The notes under the pieces are model-generated. The model did no database searches and was not told the origin of the DNA. It was given only the letters and a program-made list of their open reading frames with translations. A DNA stretch of 64,000 nucleotides from a virus (taxonomy: Duplodnaviria > Caudoviricetes): IMG/VR virus record IMGVR_UViG_3300032225_001595, positions 7,935 to 71,934 of that record. The stretch is one strand, 5' to 3'. Shown here in pieces: positions 17,391 to 25,625 of this stretch. The number at the start of each line of letters is the position of its first letter. The stretch's first letter is position 1. The position numbers and the translations under genes were made by a program.

Positions 17391-17692
17391 TCTTTCTCCT
17401 CGTAGTCTGCGAACTGTGGGATAAGGTCTGTGAACCCCTCGTTAGGGTTATTGGGGACTGTTTTGACAGCCTGAATAAATCTCAGCCCACAAGAGTCCTC
17501 ATACCAATCTTTCAGGATAGCCAACACATCGTCAATGAACTTTCCATGAGTATTGACAACATACTGATATTCGTACTCGTTCATAAGCATTACTTGGTAG
17601 TCGTCCATAAGCACATAGATTTTATGGCAGCCGTCCCAAGCGATAGCCTTGCTAGCGCGTATGTATTCCTCAACCTTAGTGAAGTCGGTCAT
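17387..17692 (-). CDS. Hypothetical protein (AWDGCHKIY...SCGLRFI)
   Basis: 101-aa coupled ORF. Confidence 0.7.
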   Translation of the reverse strand: MTDFTKVEEYIRASKAIAWDGCHKIYVLMDDYQVMLMNEYEYQYVVNTHGKFIDDVLAILKDWYEDSCGLRFIQAVKTVPNNPNEGFTDLIPQFADYEEKE

Positions 17693-17925
17693 TCCTCAAC
17701 CACCTTTACATCTGTCACATCTGCTCCTGTCGTGTCTAAGTATTCCTCTTGGTATCCTATTGAGATAGCCAACTCATACACTTGTTGATTAGCCTGCTTA
17801 TCTCCTGTACGGGCTAGGGCTAGCAAGTCTTTATGCTCGCTTAGGAACTCTGCGTCATACTCATCTTGGATACGGATAATACTTATCCTAGTAATGTCCT
17901 CTGTAATGTAAATACTGATACTCAT
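17689..17925 (-). CDS. Hypothetical protein
   Basis: 78-aa coupled ORF. Confidence 0.6.
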   Translation of the reverse strand: MSISIYITEDITRISIIRIQDEYDAEFLSEHKDLLALARTGDKQANQQVYELAISIGYQEEYLDTTGADVTDVKVVEE

Positions 17926-18125
17926 TATTCCTCCTCACATTTGCAATCGATTGTGCCTTCTAAGCCTTGGCAAGTTTCGCATACTAGCCACGCTTCCATA
18001 TCTATCATTTCTGTTACTACTTCGTAGTACCCCTCAATGAACTTGGTAATAGCCCCCCATTCTGCGTCTGTGTAGCCTTGCCCAATCTTGGGGCGAATAA
18101 AGGTGATGTGTTGTGAACTAGACAT
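17925..18125 (-). CDS. Hypothetical protein
   Basis: ORF with C-terminal CETC...CKC. Confidence 0.55.
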   Translation of the reverse strand: MSSSQHITFIRPKIGQGYTDAEWGAITKFIEGYYEVVTEMIDMEAWLVCETCQGLEGTIDCKCEEE

Positions 18126-18133
18126 TGTTGCTC

Positions 18134-18544
18134 TCATTCTGATAGGAAGGTGAACGATGCGCCTGTTGGCTCATCGTGGGAGTATCTTGTAACCGATAGG
18201 TCACCGTTGTAAAGGGTGAATACGAGTCTGTAATCACCATTGAGCGTTAGCGCGTCAAAGGTCTCCTCTAACCCACCAATAGGCTCGGTATTACCGCTTG
18301 CTCTTGTCCAGCCCATATTATTGCCCCTGATAATCCACTCGTCTATCTTGTGACTATCAGACCACTCTGTGACAAGTCGTAGGGCTTCCTCTTTGGAATC
18401 GTTGTAACAGTCTCCGTAGCAATCGGTGGGGACTAACTCACTCTTGCAGTCGTGGCATAGCCCATTTTCCTCACCCCAGCCCCATACCTTACAAGTGTTG
18501 CAGTATTGGCAAGCGCAAGTATTAGTTACTTCTACCTGTGGCAT
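18134..18544 (-). CDS. Hypothetical protein, Cys-rich N-terminus
   Basis: 136 aa; CACQYCNTC and CHDC; SRYSHDEPTG-like motif. Confidence 0.7.
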   Translation of the reverse strand: MPQVEVTNTCACQYCNTCKVWGWGEENGLCHDCKSELVPTDCYGDCYNDSKEEALRLVTEWSDSHKIDEWIIRGNNMGWTRASGNTEPIGGLEETFDALTLNGDYRLVFTLYNGDLSVTRYSHDEPTGASFTFLSE

Positions 18545-18572
18545 TATTATTCACCTTTACTTTTCTCTTGTT

Positions 18573-18737
18573 TCATTCACTAGTCTTGACAGTAGGGTAG
18601 ATAGTGTCTCCTTTGGGTAGCCCGACAAAGTAACCAACAAGGGTATCGGGGCTAGGAGTAGTGCAGTCTTGCTTATGTGTGTATTCACGCCAATAGAATC
18701 CACTTCTGACAACTCGCTGACTAGGACAGTTACACAT
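18573..18737 (-). CDS. Hypothetical protein
   Basis: AAGGAG then ATG at 18737. Confidence 0.5.
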   Translation of the reverse strand: MCNCPSQRVVRSGFYWREYTHKQDCTTPSPDTLVGYFVGLPKGDTIYPTVKTSE

Positions 18738-19349
18738 TATTACTCTCCTTCTCTCAAATAGCCCCAATAAAGGGCATGGTGATTACATAGGTGGGTAGTA
18801 AGTGTTTTATTGCCCTTTGCGTACTCTTCGTACTCATAGGGCTTGACACTCTCTCCCTGATAGGTACATAGGTCACACTTCATTGTTGCTCTCCTTTGCT
18901 TGTAGTAGTTCAGCGAGTCGGGCTGTCATGCGCTCTAACTCACATGAACAACCGTCCCACTCTTGTATGGCTGTTGTGTAGACGCTAATGTTGTGGTCTA
19001 ACAACTCTCTGTTATCCGCGTACGGAATAGTGCTAGTCATTATTCTCCGCCTTTACTTATTCTCTTGTTTCTACATATCCTACTAATGTAGGGGTATCAG
19101 TAGCATTAGGGCAGGTATTGTCATGGTTAGACAATAGGAACCCTGCAATGGTAATGGGCTTGCATTTACAGGACATTACTTTTCCTTTCGTTATTGTTAG
19201 GTGTTCCTAACTCTATGGACATACTAACTATGCCCCAGCCAAGTGATACCTATTAGATAATAGGTAGGCTGACAACCCCAAGCACTTGGTCGCACCGTTG
19301 CATAGTCGTGTGTGGGTGGTGGCAGTAGCCTAGTGGGTGGGCTTGTGTG

Positions 19350-19376
19350 TAGGGGTATGTTGTGAACATAACCCTA
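19350..19376. promoter_or_regulatory. Isolated copy of the AGGGGTATGTT-GTG-AACATACCCCT palindrome
   Basis: TAGGGGTATGTTGTGAACATAACCCTA: one mismatch to the palindrome in the 25.6-25.9 kb repeats; lies in a non-coding stretch upstream of a minus-strand gene run. Confidence 0.7.
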
Positions 19377-19526
19377 TCTGTTATCTAGCCTTGGGAACAG
19401 TCCCGCCCAAGGCAAACAATTGTGCAGCCCCCGTAATACGGCAAGGTGGGTAGGCTGTCTACCAGCAACCTACCCACCCGCGCTACACCTAGGTGAAAGG
19501 GGGAGAAACACCTAGGGAGTCTATGG

Positions 19527-20252
19527 TTATTTCTTACTTATACTGAATAAGACATCTTTTCTACCTTGGGGGCATAAATCGCACCGTTGGCAGGCTGAGC
19601 CTTGGTCTGATACTAGTGGCAGCACTTTGTTATTCTCGGGACAGAATGTGCCAGATTTACCTAGTGTGTCTAACATTTCGCTTTTACCTGCCTCAAAGGT
19701 GAGTGCTAGGTAGGCTAACAGTAAGTTAGGCTGTTTATTCCGCAGTTCTAGTGCTGTTTCTCTGTTGTCACTATCTGTGCTGAAATACAGGGCTAGGTTA
19801 CTGATATTGCTAAGGATAGGTACAGCGAACGCTGACCTTGTGTAGACCCAGAATTGTGTGTCAGGGTGGGCTTGGATAACTCTCTTCCATGCCTCAGTGT
19901 AGGCAACTGAGTAGAAGTCTCCGTCCCAGTGAATACGGAACTTTTTGGGCGCTGAATATCTGTCGCATTCTCGCTCGAAGTCGACGATGATGGCTGCCAA
20001 TAGATTACCTATCTTATCCACATCATCTCCACAGGCTTGTAATGTTTCCCAGTTGTGTAGCAGTAGGGCTCGCACTGTGGGGCGTATGTTGGCTAGTTTA
20101 TTGGCGTAACAGATTTTGGTGCAGATAGACGTTGCACCGGGGCATGAGTACTGATTCCCAGCAGGTAGCCCGAAGGAGTTCGCTATCAGGGGCTTATTAC
20201 TAGGGGTCAGTATGTTAGCCACCTTGGTGACTGATGAGCGTTTCAGGTACAT
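19527..20252 (-). CDS. Gene product 88-like protein (putative Fe-S, radical-SAM-like)
   Basis: CPGATSICTKICYA, FRIHWDGDFYS, FWVYTRS, CQRCDLC. Confidence 0.75.
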   Translation of the reverse strand: MYLKRSSVTKVANILTPSNKPLIANSFGLPAGNQYSCPGATSICTKICYANKLANIRPTVRALLLHNWETLQACGDDVDKIGNLLAAIIVDFERECDRYSAPKKFRIHWDGDFYSVAYTEAWKRVIQAHPDTQFWVYTRSAFAVPILSNISNLALYFSTDSDNRETALELRNKQPNLLLAYLALTFEAGKSEMLDTLGKSGTFCPENNKVLPLVSDQGSACQRCDLCPQGRKDVLFSISKK

Positions 20253-20277
20253 TATTTCTCCCTTTTGTTTGCCTTGG

Positions 20278-20568
20278 TTACAGGTTCTCTACCTGTATCT
20301 CTTCTAACTGTTGTTGGAAGTGCTTGACTTGGAGTAGTTCTGTTGCCCAGCGCATGGACTCTCGCAGTCCTTTCATAATGATGACCATGCCTAGCAGTTC
20401 GTTGCCCTGATTTTGGTCGTTCTCTAGGTTGACCTCAATGGTTTGCTCAACAATAGAGAGTAGTAACTCTAGGTTGATGTAGGTCATACCGTCTCTGTCT
20501 ATTATTGACCCCGGCATTTCCTGCTCAACCTTGAGTAGTGTGTCTACATCTAGGGACATGAAGTCCAT
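20278..20568 (-). CDS. Hypothetical protein
   Basis: 96 aa; AAAGGGGAG RBS. Confidence 0.65.
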   Translation of the reverse strand: MDFMSLDVDTLLKVEQEMPGSIIDRDGMTYINLELLLSIVEQTIEVNLENDQNQGNELLGMVIIMKGLRESMRWATELLQVKHFQQQLEEIQVENL

Positions 20569-20666
20569 TATTTCTCCCCTTTACAGTGTTTACATCCGTA
20601 GCGGATGTGCATCCAGTTCTTACATACCTTGCACTTGATGATTTGTTTTTCTCCGTTGAACCCCAT
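20568..20666 (-). CDS. Small Zn-finger-like peptide (CKVC...CKHC), 32 aa
   Basis: AAGGAGG then ATG at 20666; TAATG overlap with the next gene. Confidence 0.55.
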   Translation of the reverse strand: MGFNGEKQIIKCKVCKNWMHIRYGCKHCKGEK

Positions 20667-20687
20667 GGATCCTCCTTGGTAGTAGGG

Positions 20688-20717
20688 TGAGCCAGTTTAG
20701 CGACATGGCTCAGGTCG
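20688..20717 (-). ncRNA. Predicted H-type pseudoknot, copy C
   Basis: CGAC C TGAGCCA T GTCG CTAAAC TGGCTCA. Confidence 0.75.
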
Positions 20718-20737
20718 TGACAGGTGGAAGGGTCCTG

Positions 20738-20926
20738 TCAGGCTTGCAGCTCTTCCTCATCAGCCATTAGAGCGAGGTTGAGTTGGTGAAACAGAGTGGT
20801 AACCTCTGCTTTGTTGAGGTACACAATATTGGTACCTAGCCAGAGTGAGTACTCCCAACCGACAGTGTTGGGGGCTGTTTTACGCACCCGAATGTCTGTT
20901 CCTGTACTTTGCATGTACATGTCCAT
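20738..20926 (-). CDS. Hypothetical protein
   Basis: 62-aa ORF with AAGGAG RBS. Confidence 0.55.
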   Translation of the reverse strand: MDMYMQSTGTDIRVRKTAPNTVGWEYSLWLGTNIVYLNKAEVTTLFHQLNLALMADEEELQA

Positions 20927-21102
20927 CAGTTGTTCTCCTTGTTTGAGTTGTGGTTGATGTAGGCAATGATGTCAAGCAGCATTAGGCGTGAAAGTTCCCA
21001 ATGGCGCTCGTGAGTGAGCGTGTCACTAAGGTGCAGGTCACGGACAATGGCGCAGTTATTTGCATGAGTTTCTAGCAGGGTGATGATTTCTTGCGTGGTC
21101 AT
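20926..21102 (-). CDS. Hypothetical protein
   Basis: GGAGGT then ATG at 21102. Confidence 0.55.
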   Translation of the reverse strand: MTTQEIITLLETHANNCAIVRDLHLSDTLTHERHWELSRLMLLDIIAYINHNSNKENN

Positions 21103-21263
21103 GATACCTCCCTTGTTAGACATGGATTAGATAGTGACGCTAGGTACATCATGGCGACTGGCATTGCACCTTCATCGCGGGCTTTATCAAAATTTGCCCA
21201 CTGTCGTATCTTTTCTTCATCAGTGAGTGGGTGCCAGATGATACACCTACATGTGTTTTCCAT
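21099..21263 (-). CDS. Hypothetical protein (54 aa, not in the ORF track)
   Basis: AAAAGGGAGAAATACA then ATG at 21263; stop overlaps the next ATG. Confidence 0.55.
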   Translation of the reverse strand: MENTCRCIIWHPLTDEEKIRQWANFDKARDEGAMPVAMMYLASLSNPCLTREVS

Positions 21264-21291
21264 TGTATTTCTCCCTTTTGTTTGTGTTGGA

Positions 21292-21319
21292 TGAGCAGTT
21301 TAGCCACATGCTCAGGTGG
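21292..21319 (-). ncRNA. Predicted H-type pseudoknot, copy B
   Basis: CCAC C TGAGCA T GTGG CTAAAC TGCTCA. Confidence 0.75.
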
Positions 21320-21325
21320 TATTGC

Positions 21326-21928
21326 TCAGCCCTGTGAAAGGTCAGTGCTTGAGATGGCGTAGTCCATGTCACCTTCACCTGTGTAGGTGAGGTCGAGGTC
21401 GAAGTCGCTCTCGTCAATGTCGTCTGGGTCAACACCTAACGGCAACTTGAGTGTGATTGCGATGGTGCAGTCTAGTGTGTACTCCACCTCAGTAGTGAGG
21501 TCAACACCGAGCGCTTCTGCTAGTTCTTTGGCTACGGTACGGTCAAGGTCATCTGAGTCAGCGTCCTTGATGATGTTACCTGCAGCAGTAATTCTGCTCT
21601 GCAGGATGCTGATGGTGTGCAACTGGGAGTCGATTGTGTTCTGCATTGAGGACACAACCTTGTCGTGCTCAGCCTTGTCAACTGTGTTGATTTCTAGCAT
21701 GGTAGTTCCTTTCGGGTAGTTTTTGCACTCTGGATGGCACTTTGCCCCCCAGTTGTTATTTGAACAAGCCCCACATAGGCCTGTTACTAGGTTTAGCATT
21801 ATTGTTCCTAGCGGGCGGTGCTCATAGCACCGTTGAAAGTGGCGGACGACATGAGTGCGGACTCGCCAGAACGCTTCCGCATCGTTATTGCACCGCCAAG
21901 CACGGCATTGGTTTAGGCGTTTACACAT
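21326..21928 (-). CDS. Hypothetical protein with three in-frame SD-preceded ATGs (21928, 21799, 21700)
   Basis: Single open frame of 200 aa; coiled-coil then acidic C-terminal part. Confidence 0.65.
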   Translation of the reverse strand: MCKRLNQCRAWRCNNDAEAFWRVRTHVVRHFQRCYEHRPLGTIMLNLVTGLCGACSNNNWGAKCHPECKNYPKGTTMLEINTVDKAEHDKVVSSMQNTIDSQLHTISILQSRITAAGNIIKDADSDDLDRTVAKELAEALGVDLTTEVEYTLDCTIAITLKLPLGVDPDDIDESDFDLDLTYTGEGDMDYAISSTDLSQG

Positions 21929-21945
21929 GCTCCTCCTTTGGTAGG

Positions 21946-21973
21946 TGAGCAGTTTAGTGTCATGCTCAGGACA
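21946..21973 (-). ncRNA. Predicted H-type pseudoknot, copy A
   Basis: TGTC C TGAGCA T GACA CTAAAC TGCTCA. Confidence 0.75.
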
Positions 21974-21979
21974 GTATTA

Positions 21980-22315
21980 TCAGACGCTAACTACAGTAAA
22001 GCGGGTAGTGGGCTTCTTGCAGTCGGCATACACCGCTGGGTACTTGAGTTTGAGCGTGTCAGTGTCTAGTCGCTCACCGTTAGGCTTATCGAACACCACC
22101 TCAACACCGTTGTAGGTGATGACACCACCGGCACCACCGCGAGCCTTGTCAAGGATTTCGCGTAGGCGCTTTTTGTTTGCTTCGGCTTCGGTCGCTGCTT
22201 TCTGCCACTTGATGTACTCACGAATGGCATCGGCGAGACCTTCCACATCAGAGACCTTGACGGCCTGACTGACGGGAATGTTGAGGACTGAGGTCTCAAC
22301 GGCTGTGTCTTGCAT
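21980..22315 (-). CDS. Hypothetical protein resembling the C-terminal part of YqaJ-type phage proteins
   Basis: Coiled-coil then RLDTDTLKLKYPAVY...TRFTV; AAAGGAGG RBS. Confidence 0.55.
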   Translation of the reverse strand: MQDTAVETSVLNIPVSQAVKVSDVEGLADAIREYIKWQKAATEAEANKKRLREILDKARGGAGGVITYNGVEVVFDKPNGERLDTDTLKLKYPAVYADCKKPTTRFTVVSV

Positions 22316-22401
22316 GGTTCCTCCTTTATTGTGGAGCGGTGTTGCTCCGTGCCTGCCGTGGGACTTGCACCCACGCATGCCACTATGGGCAGGCGACCAA
22401 C

Positions 22402-23424
22402 TCAGACTGTAATCAGAGTGCTGACAACATCAGCAATCTTTTTGCGCTGAGCGGTGGCAAGAGTGTCAAACCCTGATGCCTTGACCAGTCGGTTCTCACC
22501 CTTCTTGTCACCACGAGTTGAGGTGTAGTAGTCCTCGAACTCTGTCAGGGTGTTGAGCACACCCCATGCTGTGCCGCGTGCATTGTCCAGCGTTGGGCTG
22601 AACCGGTACAGCGTCCAGATGGTGCCGACAGCGTTACCCCAACGTGTCTTGGCTGATGGGCTGGCGTCCTCATCTGGGGTTGGGAACAGCACATTGAGCA
22701 CTTTCTGCATGTCTGCATCTGTGGCAGGTGTGCTGTACAGTTTCTGAGCGAACTCATCCATCTGTGTGAGGTACTGCGTGGACAGGTTGAGTGCTTTACG
22801 CACGCCCTTGGCTCGTTCGTCAGCGGTCGCTGTGTGCTTGATGCTGAAGATGTTCTCCGCACCACCGATTGCCCAGTTGACTGTGTTCTGGCATACACCA
22901 CGCACATTGGATGCGAACAACTTGGTGCTTGACGAACCGTCGAACGAGGTCACACCGAACAGGTAGCGGTTGATCTTGTCCTCTTGACCGTCAGGTCCAA
23001 GCAGCATCCCACCGGGTAGGCGTAGGGTGATGGCTGCACGCAGACCGTTGTTCAGAAGCATGGCGGACTCCCAACCATAGCCGGACTCATAGTCCACAGC
23101 ATAGTCAAGCGTCTCACCAAGTGTCTGCACTTGGAAGGGCGTGTAACGCTCGGTCAAGCCGCGACCAAGAATCTTGCGCTTGCCACCTTCGAACAGTGGT
23201 TCACGCACGGTCTTGAAGTATTGACGGCTGGACTCTTCATCATCCAGTAGCACCTCAGGCTCAACCACAACATGGTGGTCAGCGAACCCGGCGTGGGTGA
23301 GGAACTCTTGGAGCGTGAGCTCCTCATCCTCACCAGCGATGTATTTAGCCAGACCGTGCCACGCAGGGTCGCTGCGTAGTGCAATCATTGGCTGACCGTT
23401 GACGAACTCGATACCGTGTGGCAT
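22402..23424 (-). CDS. DUF932 (TIGR03299-like) phage/plasmid protein
   Basis: PAWHGL, RYTPFQ, SFDGSSS, VCQNT, HTAT, GTAWGVLNTLTEFEDY. Confidence 0.85.
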   Translation of the reverse strand: MPHGIEFVNGQPMIALRSDPAWHGLAKYIAGEDEELTLQEFLTHAGFADHHVVVEPEVLLDDEESSRQYFKTVREPLFEGGKRKILGRGLTERYTPFQVQTLGETLDYAVDYESGYGWESAMLLNNGLRAAITLRLPGGMLLGPDGQEDKINRYLFGVTSFDGSSSTKLFASNVRGVCQNTVNWAIGGAENIFSIKHTATADERAKGVRKALNLSTQYLTQMDEFAQKLYSTPATDADMQKVLNVLFPTPDEDASPSAKTRWGNAVGTIWTLYRFSPTLDNARGTAWGVLNTLTEFEDYYTSTRGDKKGENRLVKASGFDTLATAQRKKIADVVSTLITV

Positions 23425-23642
23425 TGTATTTCTCCCTTTTTGTTGTGTGTGACTAGCGGTGTGCTAATCGGCCAGTGAGTCACGCCCACTGGAATCTAGG
23501 GTGGGAGATTTGTTTGCCTTGGGCTAGTTGTTCCCGTCTACTACGCAGTAATCTACGCGCTCACCTCCTTTCCACCGGCATTTCCAACCCACAAGCCAGC
23601 ACAGATGTACTCGCTTGTTGTTGACAGTGATCATGTCAACGT

Positions 23643-23846
23643 TCATTCTTCCTCCATCACTCGTGAGTTGAGTAGGGCTACAACAATGTCGTGCCCCTTG
23701 TATGCATCCTCTTCGCTGTCATAACGCCAGCAGAATAGGTCTAGGTAGTTATTCTCTGAGGGGAATACCATCGTCTCCCACTCATCCGCAAACCGGTTCG
23801 GTGGCACAGTGCTGACACACATGCCATTCTTGAGGACATCTTTCAT
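23643..23846 (-). CDS. Hypothetical protein
   Basis: VSTV...WETMVFP motif; GGAGG RBS. Confidence 0.6.
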   Translation of the reverse strand: MKDVLKNGMCVSTVPPNRFADEWETMVFPSENNYLDLFCWRYDSEEDAYKGHDIVVALLNSRVMEEE

Positions 23847-24049
23847 TCTTCCTCCAGTTTGATTAGTCTGTCCCAACACTCACCGCACATGTTGGACTTG
23901 ATGAGTTCCCTGTCCTCAGGGGGCAGGTTGGGTAGTGCTACCTGAATGAGTACCTCACGACGCTGCCACGCAGCGAAGTTGGCGATGTCAACCTCCAACT
24001 CCTTTGCCGTGGGGCAGTGGTGGCAGCGCACTGTTATTGTGCCTAGCAT
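23843..24049 (-). CDS. Hypothetical Zn-ribbon-like protein
   Basis: CHHC...LIQVALPNL...RELIKSNMCGECW. Confidence 0.65.
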   Translation of the reverse strand: MLGTITVRCHHCPTAKELEVDIANFAAWQRREVLIQVALPNLPPEDRELIKSNMCGECWDRLIKLEEE

Positions 24050-24349
24050 TATTTCCCTTTCCGTGGGTAGATGTGTCCACCGTACTGGTCTGTGATGCAC
24101 CAGTCGGTCATGTGGTTACGGCAGTCCGGTGACATTGTCGCCCGGTCTATGGTGTGGATTGCGAGAGCGATGATGGCAGCCACTAGGACTGCCACCACGC
24201 GCTTTCCGCGTTTAGTGAGTTGCATTACTCACCCCCTTGTGTATTTGTTTGTGTTGGGCAGCCGCCCATGTCGCAGACACAACACAGCACCGATGCTGGC
24301 GCTGTGTTGACTATCGTGGTGTGGCATGTGCTGCCACATTGTTCGCAAG

Positions 24350-24517
24350 TCATCGTCCCTCCAAGGTCTCTAAGGCTGTACGCAGGCGCACGTACAGCGC
24401 CAGCTTGGGGAATGGAAACTTATCCCCTTCTTGTGCTCGCTGGTTAGCGAACTCCATGAGAACACGCAGTTCGTCTGCGCTCAACTCAACGCTTTCGCGT
24501 TTGATTTGCATCGTCAT
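24350..24517 (-). CDS. Hypothetical protein
   Basis: GGAGGTGAT SD sequence. Confidence 0.55.
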   Translation of the reverse strand: MTMQIKRESVELSADELRVLMEFANQRAQEGDKFPFPKLALYVRLRTALETLEGR

Positions 24518-24579
24518 CACCTCCCTAGTAGATGCACGGAAGCACATAGGCCCTCACCTATGTGCAACCGAACCCCTAC

Positions 24580-24870
24580 TCAGGCACGTACGTAGTTCAT
24601 CCATTCGTCTCGGCGCTGTGCCGGTAGGCATGGGTACTCTGTCTGGCACTCAGGGCAGTACCCATCTCCGTCGGCAGTGTGCTGGCACTCCCAGCATGGG
24701 CAGCCCATGTTTGTACCTGCGGTCATCAGGTGCAGCCCCACAATCCACCGCAGGCGTTCCAGTGTGATGCCGTATTCAGCAGCAAGTGCTTGACGACGCG
24801 CATCATCATCATCGCCAATCCTCATCTCACGTTCGCGGTTGATGAGGATTGATCGCTCTACTATGTTCAT
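24580..24870 (-). CDS. Sigma-region-4.2-like HTH plus Cys clusters (diverged paralog of 25216-25449)
   Basis: LAAEYGITLERLRW...CPCWEC...CPEC. Confidence 0.55.
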   Translation of the reverse strand: MNIVERSILINREREMRIGDDDDARRQALAAEYGITLERLRWIVGLHLMTAGTNMGCPCWECQHTADGDGYCPECQTEYPCLPAQRRDEWMNYVRA

Positions 24871-24931
24871 AATCACCTCCTTAGTAGATGCACTGCAAGG
24901 CAGGGACTATTGCCCCTGCCCTGCCGAACTG

Positions 24932-25180
24932 CTAGTCAAGGTTGAAATGTAACTGGGCAAGCAACTTGTTCGCGTCAGTAGTTAGGTAGAACGCGCTGTA
25001 CACGCCGTCGACCGTGTTCTGAAGAAACTCGTCCAAGAGGTCGTGCAGGTACTTGACCTCGTCCGGGTCTTTCCACACAGCCTGCGAGTCCATATTGCGG
25101 TAGCAGATATCGCTGTGAATGATGTCTCCGTACTGCATCTCTCCGCAGATTCTGCCTTCGCATGGGTCCGCGTATGTCAT
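24932..25180 (-). CDS. Hypothetical protein
   Basis: GGAGGTGAG RBS, ATG at 25180. Confidence 0.55.
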   Translation of the reverse strand: MTYADPCEGRICGEMQYGDIIHSDICYRNMDSQAVWKDPDEVKYLHDLLDEFLQNTVDGVYSAFYLTTDANKLLAQLHFNLD

Positions 25181-25215
25181 CTCTCTCACCTCCTCTCCGG
25201 TGACGTGTTGGGCCG

Positions 25216-25449
25216 TCAGGCTTGGAGTTCCTCTATCTCCTTGCCGCTGGCAATCTCGACCTTGCGGTCTCTCTCGCACAGAGCGCACACGCATTTCGCG
25301 CTCGTATTGTGCATGTGCTCAATCATGCGCACACGCTCGGCTGTGATGCCGTACTCTTCTGCGAGGTCTCGCAGAGTCTGTGGTGGCTGACCGGTCAGGC
25401 CAAGCCGTTTGCGCAGAAGGTCTGCGCGTTGTTCGGGTGTCATTCCCAT
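25216..25449 (-). CDS. Stand-alone sigma-70 region 4 (SigA-like) HTH protein with C-terminal CxCxxC
   Basis: RKRLGLTGQPPQTLRDLAEEYGITAERVRMIE versus the group-1 sigma consensus RxRFGLxxGxPxTLxEIGxxxGVTRERIRQIE. Confidence 0.8.
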   Translation of the reverse strand: MGMTPEQRADLLRKRLGLTGQPPQTLRDLAEEYGITAERVRMIEHMHNTSAKCVCALCERDRKVEIASGKEIEELQA

Positions 25450-25469
25450 TTCCTTTCAGTCAAGGTTTG

Positions 25470-25607
25470 TTAGTCGCCCATATCCAAGTCCGGCAAGTGT
25501 TGGTCACATGCCAGTTCGTAAGTGTCAGACACATAAGGTGTGCCGTCGTAGTAGTGGTGCGTTTCACGCTTGGTGAAACGGCCACAGCGTATGCATTGCC
25601 CACGCAT
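25470..25607 (-). CDS. Small CxxC protein, first gene of the leftward array
   Basis: AAAGGGG then ATG at 25607; CIRC...CDQH. Confidence 0.55.
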   Translation of the reverse strand: MRGQCIRCGRFTKRETHHYYDGTPYVSDTYELACDQHLPDLDMGD

Positions 25608-25625
25608 ATTGCGTTCCCCTTTCGT

